A DNA stretch of 58,703 nt. Origin: an uncultured Planctomycetales bacterium. GTDB lineage: Bacteria > Omnitrophota > Gorgyraeia > Zapsychrales > Aceulaceae. The notes under the pieces were generated by a model, which had not been told where the DNA came from, did no database searches, and saw only the letters and a list, made by a program, of their open reading frames with translations. Made by a program: the position numbers and the translations under genes. Numbering within the stretch: the stretch's first letter is position 1; each line of letters opens with the position of its first letter. The stretch lies in the NCBI GenBank assembly GCA_964486675.1, contig CAZAOD010000004.1, positions 1 to 58,703 on the forward strand, written 5' to 3'. Shown one piece after another: positions 47,793 to 56,629 of the stretch.

Positions 47793-49247
47793 TTAAGCCT
47801 TTCCTCTGCGCTGTTCAAGCTGCTTGCGAATATCATACGCCTTTTCTTCAGAGATTTCAAATCGCATGATAATAAAGATCGCCGCGAGCGATGTGACGAT
47901 TGGAATGCCAACATCGCAAACCCTCATCCAGAATAAAGCGTTGACCGATTGCCCAAGCCCTAGAGATTCTTTGAACCCTATAACATTAAACATGATCCCC
48001 GCGATCAAAGAGGCGAGTGCTACGCCCAATTTGACCATCCACCAGTAGACCGCGCTGAAGGTCCCTTCACGGCGCTCGCCGGTGTTAAGCTCATCCAGAT
48101 CGCAGACATCAGCGACCATGGAGTTCATCAAGGTGAAAAGCGAGCCTAGCCCGAATGTGACAAAGGGAGCCGCGATGAATAACAGATAAGGATTGTTCGG
48201 GTTGTATCCGATCCATTTTAAGGCATATCCGAGGATCGAAAGAGGGATCGTAATGAAAAACGTATTGCGTTTGCCTAAATGGGCGGAGAGCCGCGCGGTC
48301 AGATAAATAACACCCATACTGCATAATGCGCTAAATGATCCATACCACCCCAGCAGGGTCCCGCCCTTGGAGTAAGCTTCGCCGATCGAGGCAGCGCCTT
48401 GGTAGACATAGAAGAAAACAACATATGCGGTAAAAGAAGACGCGAGCATAAAACCGCCAAAAATGAGTAGGGTCGCCAAGCACAGCTTGACGAAGGGCCA
48501 ACATTTTAAGGCGATACCCACACCTTTAAAGAATTTTTTCATGACGTTTAGGGCGCCGCTGACATCAGGCTTAGGCAGCTTCCCAAAATGTTCTTTATTG
48601 AAAAGAGCTGGGAACACGCCTCCAAAGATCAAGCAGGCCCCAATGATGATCGCCAGAACGCGCACACCATGCACGCCGTCTTTGAACCACGCGGCATTGT
48701 GCATGATCGGCCAGCTCCAGGGAGCGATGAACCACGGCAATTGCCCAACAAAACTGCTAGCCGCCTGCAGACGGGTACGTTCATGATAATCAGGCGTCAT
48801 TTCATAGCCTAAAGCGATCCATGGAATAGAGAAACAGGTAAAACACAGGAAAAATAAAAGCTGAAGAGAGAGAAAGTAAGTGAAATAGAACATCTCGCTA
48901 TGCCCTTTGTGAAGCTGGAACATCAAGGCAAAGAGAATACCTCCGGTAATAGCTCCAAACAGGATCAACGGCCTGCGACGACCCCAGGGGGTTCGTAAAT
49001 TATCAGAAAAATAGCCTGTGACCGGATCTGATACCGCGTCAAAGATGCGGGGAAGAAATCCAATAAAACCGACCAAGGCGGGGTTGATCCCAAGCCCAAG
49101 ATTTAAGATCATGACCATTTGTCCCGCGAATGCGGATTGAGCGGTGTTGGCAAAAGCTCCCATGCTGTAGGCGGCTTTCTGAAAGAACGAGATACGGTCT
49201 TCTTTCGCGGTGACATGGTGGACTGTCTGGTGAGCTGCATTTCCCAT
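47793..49247 (-). CDS. GPH-family (MelB-like) glycoside:cation symporter, MFS superfamily
   Basis: Signature RIFDAVSDPVTGYFSDNLRTPWGRRRP after TM2. 12 TM helices. Confidence 0.85.
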   Translation of the reverse strand: MGNAAHQTVHHVTAKEDRISFFQKAAYSMGAFANTAQSAFAGQMVMILNLGLGINPALVGFIGFLPRIFDAVSDPVTGYFSDNLRTPWGRRRPLILFGAITGGILFALMFQLHKGHSEMFYFTYFLSLQLLFFLCFTCFSIPWIALGYEMTPDYHERTRLQAASSFVGQLPWFIAPWSWPIMHNAAWFKDGVHGVRVLAIIIGACLIFGGVFPALFNKEHFGKLPKPDVSGALNVMKKFFKGVGIALKCWPFVKLCLATLLIFGGFMLASSFTAYVVFFYVYQGAASIGEAYSKGGTLLGWYGSFSALCSMGVIYLTARLSAHLGKRNTFFITIPLSILGYALKWIGYNPNNPYLLFIAAPFVTFGLGSLFTLMNSMVADVCDLDELNTGERREGTFSAVYWWMVKLGVALASLIAGIMFNVIGFKESLGLGQSVNALFWMRVCDVGIPIVTSLAAIFIIMRFEISEEKAYDIRKQLEQRRGKA

Positions 49248-49533
49248 CCATTACCTCTTTTCTGTTTAAGATGAATACGATATTGATCCTGTGCGGCAAA
49301 GAAGTTTTGATTATAACAAACTAATTTAACGCGCACAATCAATTTATCACAAAGCCTCTGAATTCTTTCATGATAGGCCTTTGCCATGAAAAAAGACTTC
49401 CAATATATATATATTGATATAAAATATATAAATATTTTCTATATCGCTTCCTACTCTGAGCCTAAAGGGGCCAAGGGTCAGATTTTAGTGGCGAACGGAG
49501 CAAAAAAGTCCGCAAACATTTAAAGAGAGATTT

Positions 49534-52017
49534 ATGAGTTACGATATCAACGAGATAAAGAATATTGAATCCAAATGGCAAAAGGCCTGGAAAGCAAATA
49601 AGACCTTTTGTGCAAAAGCGGATCCCCAAAAGCCAAAATATTATGTCCTGGAAATGTTCCCATACCCATCGGGTAAGATCCACATGGGTCACGTGCGCAA
49701 TTACACGATCGCTGATGTCATTGCCCGTATGAAGAAAATGCAAGGCTTTAATGTTCTGCATCCAATCGGCTACGATGCTTTTGGCCAGCCGGCAGAGAAC
49801 GCCGCGATCAAACATAAGACCGACCCTTCCAAATGGACCTACCGTTGCATTAGCGAAATGCATGAAGGTTTTGAAAAGATGGGCTTTTCTTACGATTGGG
49901 ATAGGGAGATGGCGACTTGCGACAAAGCTTATTACAAATGGAACCAGTGGATATTCTTAAAAATGATGGAAAAAGGCCTCGCGTACAAAAAGGCCTCAGG
50001 TGTCAATTGGTGTCCCAGTTGCGAGACAACGCTCGCTAACGAAGAAGTCGTTAACGGCGGATGTTGGCGCTGCAAGACAGAAGTTGTGCAAAAAGACCTT
50101 GAGCAGTGGTATTTGAAGATCACGCATTATAGCGAAAAGCTCTTAGAAGACCTGGATACATTAAAAGATTGGCCCAGCCGCGTCATCGCGATGCAAAAGA
50201 ACTGGATCGGCAAAAGCTTGGGCGTTGAAATATTCTTTAAAATCGAGGCGACTGCTGAGATCTTGTCTGTTTTTACGACCCGTCAGGATACGATCTTTGG
50301 GGCTACTTACGTTGTCCTCGCTCCGGAACATCCTCTCGTTGCGAAACTCATCAAAGGTACCTCAAAAGAAAAAGAAGTTATGGATTTTATCAAAAAGATG
50401 AGCTTGCTCAGCAAGGCTGATCGCGTTGCCGAAGGGTTGAAGAAAGAGGGGATCTTTACCGGGCTTTATGCTATCAATCCGGTTAATAAAGAACGCGTTC
50501 CTGTTTGGATCGCGGATTATGTTTTAATGGAATACGGCACGGGTGCGATCATGGCTGTTCCTACACACGATCAGCGTGATTTTCTTTTTGCCAAAGAGCA
50601 TAATCTTCCGATGAAAATTGTTATTCAAGACCCAAGCCGTCCGGGTATTGCCGCAAGTGATTTAACTGAAGCTTATGCAGCCGAAGGGGCCCTCGTCAAC
50701 TCGGGCCCATTCAACGGCATTCACAATATTGAATCACTCCAGAAAATTGCCGACTGGATGGAAAAGGAAAAGATCGGCAAAGCCGTGACGCATTGGCGCC
50801 TGCGCGACTGGCTTATCTCTCGCCAGCGGTATTGGGGAACGCCCATTCCTGTTATTTATTGTGATGCTTGTGGTATTGTCCCTGTGCCGGAAAAAGACCT
50901 GCCTGTCGTTTTGCCGGAAGATATCAAGATCACCGGCGAAGGCGGAAGTCCTTTGGCTAAAAGCGAGAAATTCGTTCATGTCAAGTGTCCCAAGTGCGGT
51001 AAGCCATCCCGGCGGGAAACAGACACAATGGCGACATTTTTTGATTCGTCATGGTATTTCTTGCGTTACGCGGACGCGCACAATGACAAAGAAATTTTTG
51101 ACAAAGCTCTGGCCAAATATTGGATGCCGGTGGATCAATATATCGGCGGCATTGAGCATGCTATCTTGCATCTTTTGTATTCACGTTTTTTTACGAAATT
51201 TTTAAAAGATTTAGGATGGATCAATTTCGACGAACCCTTTACTCGGCTGTTGACCCAAGGCATGGTCCTTAAAGACGGCGAGGTCATGAGCAAGTCCAAG
51301 GGGAATACCGTTGACCCGGATGCGGTGATAGAAAAATATGGAACAGATGCTTTAAGACTTTCGATTTTATTTGCAGCCCCACCAGAAGATCAGCTTGAGT
51401 GGAGCGATAGCGCATTAGATGGTTCTTTAAAATTTTTATCGCGAGTTTATAGATTAGCCGAAAGATACGGAGATGGTCAGACTTCGGAAAATAAGACAGA
51501 CATAGAAGGAGATAAAATTGTAAGACGAGAATGTCATAAAGCAATAAAGAGTTTCACTGAATACATCGAGACTGGGTTCAAGTTCAATGTCGCCATTGCC
51601 AGCGTCATGATACTTTTAAATATAATCGATGACTATACTGATAAATTGAGGGGTGTGATTATTCTTAGTGAAGCGACATTTAATGAAGTTATTGAAACAA
51701 TTATTTTGCTTTTGTCCCCAATTACGCCGCACCTTTGCGAGGAACTTTGGCGGGAAAAATTGGGCAAAAATGATAAAAGCATCAGCGATATTGCTTGGCC
51801 TGTGTTCGATGAAAAAGCGCTAGAGCTCGAGAATGCTTCCATTATCGTTCAGATCAACGGCAAGCTGCGTGGTAAATTTGATGTTCCGCTTAATTGTCCT
51901 GAAGACGAGCTCAAAGAAATTATTTTTGCCAATGAAAAGATCAAGGCGCATCTCGCCGGCAAGGACATCAAGCGTTTCATCGTCGTGCCGAATAAGATCG
52001 TGAATATTGTGGTGTGA
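49534..52017 (+). CDS. leuS: leucine--tRNA ligase
   Basis: [15 protein letters not shown] (HIGH), CP1 editing domain, VMSKSKGN (KMSKS). 827 aa. Confidence 0.95.
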   Translation: MSYDINEIKNIESKWQKAWKANKTFCAKADPQKPKYYVLEMFPYPSGKIHMGHVRNYTIADVIARMKKMQGFNVLHPIGYDAFGQPAENAAIKHKTDPSKWTYRCISEMHEGFEKMGFSYDWDREMATCDKAYYKWNQWIFLKMMEKGLAYKKASGVNWCPSCETTLANEEVVNGGCWRCKTEVVQKDLEQWYLKITHYSEKLLEDLDTLKDWPSRVIAMQKNWIGKSLGVEIFFKIEATAEILSVFTTRQDTIFGATYVVLAPEHPLVAKLIKGTSKEKEVMDFIKKMSLLSKADRVAEGLKKEGIFTGLYAINPVNKERVPVWIADYVLMEYGTGAIMAVPTHDQRDFLFAKEHNLPMKIVIQDPSRPGIAASDLTEAYAAEGALVNSGPFNGIHNIESLQKIADWMEKEKIGKAVTHWRLRDWLISRQRYWGTPIPVIYCDACGIVPVPEKDLPVVLPEDIKITGEGGSPLAKSEKFVHVKCPKCGKPSRRETDTMATFFDSSWYFLRYADAHNDKEIFDKALAKYWMPVDQYIGGIEHAILHLLYSRFFTKFLKDLGWINFDEPFTRLLTQGMVLKDGEVMSKSKGNTVDPDAVIEKYGTDALRLSILFAAPPEDQLEWSDSALDGSLKFLSRVYRLAERYGDGQTSENKTDIEGDKIVRRECHKAIKSFTEYIETGFKFNVAIASVMILLNIIDDYTDKLRGVIILSEATFNEVIETIILLLSPITPHLCEELWREKLGKNDKSISDIAWPVFDEKALELENASIIVQINGKLRGKFDVPLNCPEDELKEIIFANEKIKAHLAGKDIKRFIVVPNKIVNIVV

Positions 52018-52145
52018 TTAAGGAAGCCCTATGGTTACTTGTCTGCCTTTTGGCAGAAGAGCAGCCTTGGGTAAATTCAGCCAGATAACTTAGGAAGCGT
52101 TGGCGCTTCGTAAGTTATGGCTTCATTTAAGGATCGAGGAGAAAC

Positions 52146-52562
52146 ATGTCAACATTTCTTTGGGAACCAAGCTTTGAAGTTAATATTAAGATTATTGATG
52201 AGCAACATAAGAAATTAGTGGAAACCGTTAACATCCTTTACGATTCGATCGTTTCAGGCGAAAGCCCAAAAGTTTTGTTTACCATTTTTGAGCGTATGGT
52301 GGAATATGTAACGTTTCATTTTGAAACTGAGGAAGAGCTGATGACCGGGCTAAACTTTCCAGGCCTCCAAGAACACAAGCATGAGCACGAGGAATGCACA
52401 AAAAAAGTTCTAGAATTTAAACATAAATTCGAGAATGGAGAGAAAGCGATCTCCATTGAATTAATTTCATTTTTAGTTGATTGGATCCACCATCACCTTT
52501 TGTGTGTAGATATGAAGTACGCCGCATTTTTTAAAGAAAAAGGAATTACTCCAAGAGTGTAG
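52146..52562 (+). CDS. bacteriohemerythrin-like protein
   Basis: W...F.V....ID.QH..L, HF..EE.LM, H...H, WI.HH....D. Full His/Glu/Asp diiron ligand pattern. Confidence 0.88.
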   Translation: MSTFLWEPSFEVNIKIIDEQHKKLVETVNILYDSIVSGESPKVLFTIFERMVEYVTFHFETEEELMTGLNFPGLQEHKHEHEECTKKVLEFKHKFENGEKAISIELISFLVDWIHHHLLCVDMKYAAFFKEKGITPRV

Positions 52563-52563
52563 T

Positions 52564-52609
52564 GCTTCATCGTCATTGCGAGCAAGATCGTGAATATTGT
52601 TATGTAATT
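52564..52609 (+). repeat. relic copy of the last 14 codons plus stop of leuS (37/46 nt identical to 51974-52019)
   Basis: FIVIASKIVNIVM* compared with the leuS end [13 protein letters not shown]. Same frame and stop position, offset exactly 590 bp. Confidence 0.7.
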
Positions 52610-52698
52610 CGTGTGGTTCCGCATTAAGAATGCGGAGTAAATTCGGCCGAACGATTTATGTTCCTCACTTCGTTCGTCCGTAAATCGTGGCCTCTTTT

Positions 52699-53988
52699 AT
52701 GAAATTTATCGCTGATCTCCACATCCATTCCAAATACTCTCGCGCAACAAGTAAGGACCTCACCCCTGAGCAACTCTATCTGTGGGCGCAGCTTAAGGGC
52801 ATAACTGTCGTTGGCACAGGGGATTTCTTGCATCCGGGCTGGCTGAAAGAATTAAGGACAAAACTTGAACCGGCCGAAGAGGGTCTTTTTCAGCTAAAAA
52901 AAGAATACGCGCAAGAAATGGATGCACAGGTTCCAGCCGCCTGTAAGCGGGATGTGCGTTTTATTTTAAGCGCGGAGATCGCCAACATTTATAAGCGTTT
53001 GGATAAAGTGCGCAAAGTGCACAATGTTATTTTCGCGCCAAGTTTTGAGGTCGCACAGAATTTACAAAAGCGTATCGAAAAGATCGGCAACATCCGTTCT
53101 GATGGGCGTCCTATCTTAGGCTTAGATTCGCGAGACCTTTTAGAGATCACTCTCGAATCAGATCCTCGATCATTTTTGGTACCGGCACATATCTGGACGC
53201 CATGGTTTTCTATGTTAGGGTCCAAGGGCGGATTTGACAAGATGGAAGATTGCTACGGAGATCTTACCCAATATATTTTTGCGCTTGAAACAGGGCTTTC
53301 ATCAGACCCTGCGATGAATTGGCGGTTAAGTCAGCTCGACCAATGTGTTCTCATTTCAAATTCTGACGCGCATTCAGCACCCAAGCTTGGCAGAGAGGCA
53401 AATATTTTTGATACAGAACTTTCCTATGCGGGGATTTTTTTAAGCTTGTCCCAAGACAGTAACAAAGGATTTTTGGGGACGATCGAATTTTTTCCTGAAG
53501 AGGGGAAATATCATTACGACGGCCACAGGGATTGCGATATGCGCCTGACCCCTAAAGAAACGATCAACAATAAAGGTTTGTGCCCCAAGTGTGGCAAGCC
53601 GGTTGTTGTGGGTGTCATGGCGCGCGTGGAAGAGCTTGCGGATCGGACAGAAGGGTCAAAAGGAAAAAGATGGCGTCCTTACACAAGCCTTATTCCTTTA
53701 GAGGAAGTGATCGCTGAAAGCAAGGGTGTTGGCGTGACCGCAAAACCTGTCCAGGAACTTTATCATCGCATGCTCTCAAAACTTGGCGGTGAGATCAATA
53801 TTTTAAGTGAAGTTCCGTTATCCGAGATCAAAGCGACAGCCGGAGACCTTCTGGCCGAAGGCATCAAGCGTATGCGCGAAGGAAAGGTCACGATCGCGCC
53901 AGGTTATGATGGTGAATACGGCATCATTAGTTTATTTTCCGATAAAGAGCGCGCTGCAACCAAAAAAGATCAGCTGACGTTGTTTTAA
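52699..53988 (+). CDS. endonuclease Q family protein (PHP domain plus Zn finger)
   Basis: Collinear with archaeal EndoQ: DLHIHSKYSRATS, GTGDFLHPGW, DGRP, PAHIWTPW, SNSDAHSAPKLGREANIF, GKYHYDGH, CPKCGKP, PGYDGEYG. Confidence 0.85.
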   Translation: MKFIADLHIHSKYSRATSKDLTPEQLYLWAQLKGITVVGTGDFLHPGWLKELRTKLEPAEEGLFQLKKEYAQEMDAQVPAACKRDVRFILSAEIANIYKRLDKVRKVHNVIFAPSFEVAQNLQKRIEKIGNIRSDGRPILGLDSRDLLEITLESDPRSFLVPAHIWTPWFSMLGSKGGFDKMEDCYGDLTQYIFALETGLSSDPAMNWRLSQLDQCVLISNSDAHSAPKLGREANIFDTELSYAGIFLSLSQDSNKGFLGTIEFFPEEGKYHYDGHRDCDMRLTPKETINNKGLCPKCGKPVVVGVMARVEELADRTEGSKGKRWRPYTSLIPLEEVIAESKGVGVTAKPVQELYHRMLSKLGGEINILSEVPLSEIKATAGDLLAEGIKRMREGKVTIAPGYDGEYGIISLFSDKERAATKKDQLTLF

Positions 53989-53996
53989 ATGAGCAC

Positions 53997-54030
53997 GTGA
54001 CTTATGGATGCCTTTGGCGACATAAGTCAC
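53997..54030 (+). other. perfect 10-bp stem hairpin 8 nt after the endoQ stop (no U tract)
   Basis: GTGACTTATG ... CATAAGTCAC with a 14-nt loop that contains a further GCC/GGC pair. Confidence 0.5.
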
Positions 54031-54610
54031 ATTCGCGAATCTACTTCGCATCAAAGATGCGGAGCTCCAAGAAGCTTAATGATGGAGAGATTGCCTCACT
54101 TCTCTTAGGAGCACGATCGCGAATGGGTATGCTGATATCGTTCTTCGCTCAAACATCGCATCCTCCAGATCTTGCTAAAATAAATTAATAAAATCTGTCG
54201 TCTACGAAACTCGCGAGAGAACAATATCAGCATCCCCTTTAACCCGGATAGCCTAAAGAGATTGCCTTGATTTGGACAAGACGCTGTGAGGCGAGCGGCA
54301 AGGCCTGCGCCAGATGGCTTTGGCGCATCGTGAAGCCGAGCATCGAGCGAAGATTTCCTCGCTGACCCAGCTAACCCTGAAAACATTTAGTGGAAGCTGG
54401 GACGTCCAAGATTCCTCTAATATAAGACCAGGGAAATCTTGGCCTGGGGAAAGCAAGCGTTCTTAGGAAAAGCAAGGCAATCTCCCTCAAAGTGCCTTAA
54501 TTTGACAAGCTTTTTAAGGCGGCTGTTGTAAAATTTTTATTGTGTTCTTCTGTGATTTTTGATATTTTTAACGTGCAATATTTTGAAGCAGAGTAAGCGA
54601 GAGTGAAGAC

Positions 54611-56290
54611 ATGAAGCGACCGAATGATATCAATGACGCGCAGTGGCAAGCCGTTACGCATCCTGCCCAGCACTTGCTGATCGTTGCCGGCCCCGGAACA
54701 GGAAAAACCCATACCCTTATTTATCGTATTCTTTGCGCCTTAGAAAGCTTTCCTGACGATCAAAAAATTCTTGCTGTAACATTTACTAACAAAGCCGCGC
54801 AAGAAATGCGCGTGCGCCTTGCGCGTTATTCTTCGTCTAGCGAACAACGTGTGGATGTTGGAACCTTTCACAGTTTTTGTCTTTCGCTGCTGCGTGAGCA
54901 TGCGTGTGAGGCAGGCCTGCCTGATGATTTTCGCGTGGCCGGACGAAGCGAAGCGATCAAGATCGCGCGAAAGATCTGGAAAGATAAGAAACCAAAAGAA
55001 ATTGAAGAGATCCTAAAAAGTATTTCTTGGCAGAAAAATACACAGGCCGCTGATGCGCCTGCGCACGCGGTCATTTTGAGAGAGGCGATGCGCCAGGAAA
55101 AACTTTTGGACTTTGACGATATCCTGATCGAGGCTGTGCGGCTTTTGCGCGAGCTAAAGGACGTGCGGCAACAAGTTCAGCAGCGCTATGGTGTGATCTG
55201 TGTGGATGAATATCAAGATATCAATTTTATCCAACATCAACTGCTCAAACTTTTGAAAGGGCCTCAAGGTGCTTTGACCGCGATCGGGGATCCGCGGCAA
55301 GCCATTTATGGATTTCGAGGAAGCGATGTCAAATTCTTTCACACGTTCATGGAAGATTTCGCGCCCGCGCGAACCTTATCGCTATCTGATAATTATCGCG
55401 CCAGTGAAAGCCTGCTGAAAGCCGCTGGCCAGGTCATTGAACGATCGAGTGCCGCAAATTTTACTCCGCTTATCGCGCGTATCCATGCCCAGGGGCGTCT
55501 GACCGCCTATCAAGCTGTGAGCGAGCGGGCTGAAGCGGAATACATTGTCCACGAGATCGAAAGATTGATCGGAGGCACGAGCTTTTTTTCAAAAGATTCT
55601 AAGCGCGTTAGCGTGTGCGAGGCAGAAGGTTTTATATTCGCGGATATCGCGATTCTCTGTCGATTAAAGAGCCAGCAGCGCGTGATCATTGAAGCCTTGG
55701 AGAGAAGCGGTATTCCTTATCAGGTTTGCGGAGCGAGGCCATTATGCGAAGAACCTGAGATCGCGGATATGATCGAAGCTCTTTGCGCGATGTCAGAGCA
55801 ATCCTTAGAAAAAATTACGCAGTATCTTTCTATCCGCAAGAACGACAGCAAAGCTTACGCGCGCTTAGTCGAGCTTGCGCAAGGCGCGGCCGATACTCCG
55901 CAATTCCTTTCCGAGATATTCCTGCAGCGTGAGGATGATAACTATGAGGTGAAAGCCGAGAAGGTATCTGTTCTAACGATGCACGCGGCCAAGGGGCTGG
56001 AGTTTGCCGTTGTGTTTATCGCGGGCTGCGAAGAGAAGATTATCCCTTTAAGCCAAGATCTTGCTGGCCTTGAAGAGGAGAGGCGCTTATTCTACGTCGC
56101 TATGACGCGCGCGAAAACTCTGTTGTATCTGACGCGTACTGCTCAACGACTGCGCCATGGTAAAATTCGGGCCGCGCAAACCTCGCGTTTCTTGGCGGAC
56201 ATCGAAGACCAACTAAAAGACCTGCAGCAGCGGCCAGCACGTAAGTCCACAGACAAACACAGCCAATTAGACCTTTTTGGGAAGCGATGA
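54611..56290 (+). CDS. short UvrD/Rep/PcrA-family SF1 DNA helicase (559 aa)
   Basis: Walker A AGPGTGKTHTL, motif II VDEYQDIN, TMHAAKGLEF, motif VI YVAMTRAK. Confidence 0.88.
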   Translation: MKRPNDINDAQWQAVTHPAQHLLIVAGPGTGKTHTLIYRILCALESFPDDQKILAVTFTNKAAQEMRVRLARYSSSSEQRVDVGTFHSFCLSLLREHACEAGLPDDFRVAGRSEAIKIARKIWKDKKPKEIEEILKSISWQKNTQAADAPAHAVILREAMRQEKLLDFDDILIEAVRLLRELKDVRQQVQQRYGVICVDEYQDINFIQHQLLKLLKGPQGALTAIGDPRQAIYGFRGSDVKFFHTFMEDFAPARTLSLSDNYRASESLLKAAGQVIERSSAANFTPLIARIHAQGRLTAYQAVSERAEAEYIVHEIERLIGGTSFFSKDSKRVSVCEAEGFIFADIAILCRLKSQQRVIIEALERSGIPYQVCGARPLCEEPEIADMIEALCAMSEQSLEKITQYLSIRKNDSKAYARLVELAQGAADTPQFLSEIFLQREDDNYEVKAEKVSVLTMHAAKGLEFAVVFIAGCEEKIIPLSQDLAGLEEERRLFYVAMTRAKTLLYLTRTAQRLRHGKIRAAQTSRFLADIEDQLKDLQQRPARKSTDKHSQLDLFGKR

Positions 56291-56628
56291 TCGTTTTAAC
56301 GCGTAAAGAACGTTTGGTCCTTGTTGTTTTGAGCGTGTCGATCGCGGCAGGGTCTTTGGCCAGATACCTTTTCAGATCTTTTCCTGATAGTCAAAAGATC
56401 TTTAATGTCGCTAATGATTATCATGAACACCTTAGACTTGATGTCAACCGCGCCAGCGTTGATGATCTGAAGGCGATCCCGTATTTAGGCGAACAGCTTG
56501 CCAGGCGCATCATCGCTTATCGTCAACAAAAAGGACACATTCAGGGCCTTAATGAGCTGAACACGATCAAAGGCGTTGGCGCTTTTAAATGGCAGGTCAT
56601 CAAGAAACACCTCATGGTCCGTCCTTGA
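56287..56628 (+). CDS. comEA: ComEA-family helix-hairpin-helix DNA-binding protein
   Basis: N-terminal TM helix. LDVNRASVDDLKAIPYLGEQLARRIIAYR...L..IKGVG. Confidence 0.85.
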   Translation: MIVLTRKERLVLVVLSVSIAAGSLARYLFRSFPDSQKIFNVANDYHEHLRLDVNRASVDDLKAIPYLGEQLARRIIAYRQQKGHIQGLNELNTIKGVGAFKWQVIKKHLMVRP

Positions 56629-56629
56629 T

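Noticed and set aside
49248-49533. T-box or other leader upstream of leuS
   Set aside because: I saw no specifier-loop/T-box consensus (AGGGUGGNACCGCG-like) and no terminator/antiterminator pair. The region looks like an AT-rich divergent promoter.
49462-49863. 133-aa minus-strand ORF overlapping the leuS start
   Set aside because: It is antisense to the highly conserved HIGH region of leuS.
53997-54712. Four track ORFs (63-93 aa) in the endoQ-helicase gap
   Set aside because: They overlap one another on both strands. Their translations are R/S/L/C-rich junk, with no RBS. The region is better explained by repeats and hairpins. One ORF (54497-54712) also runs antisense into the helicase start.
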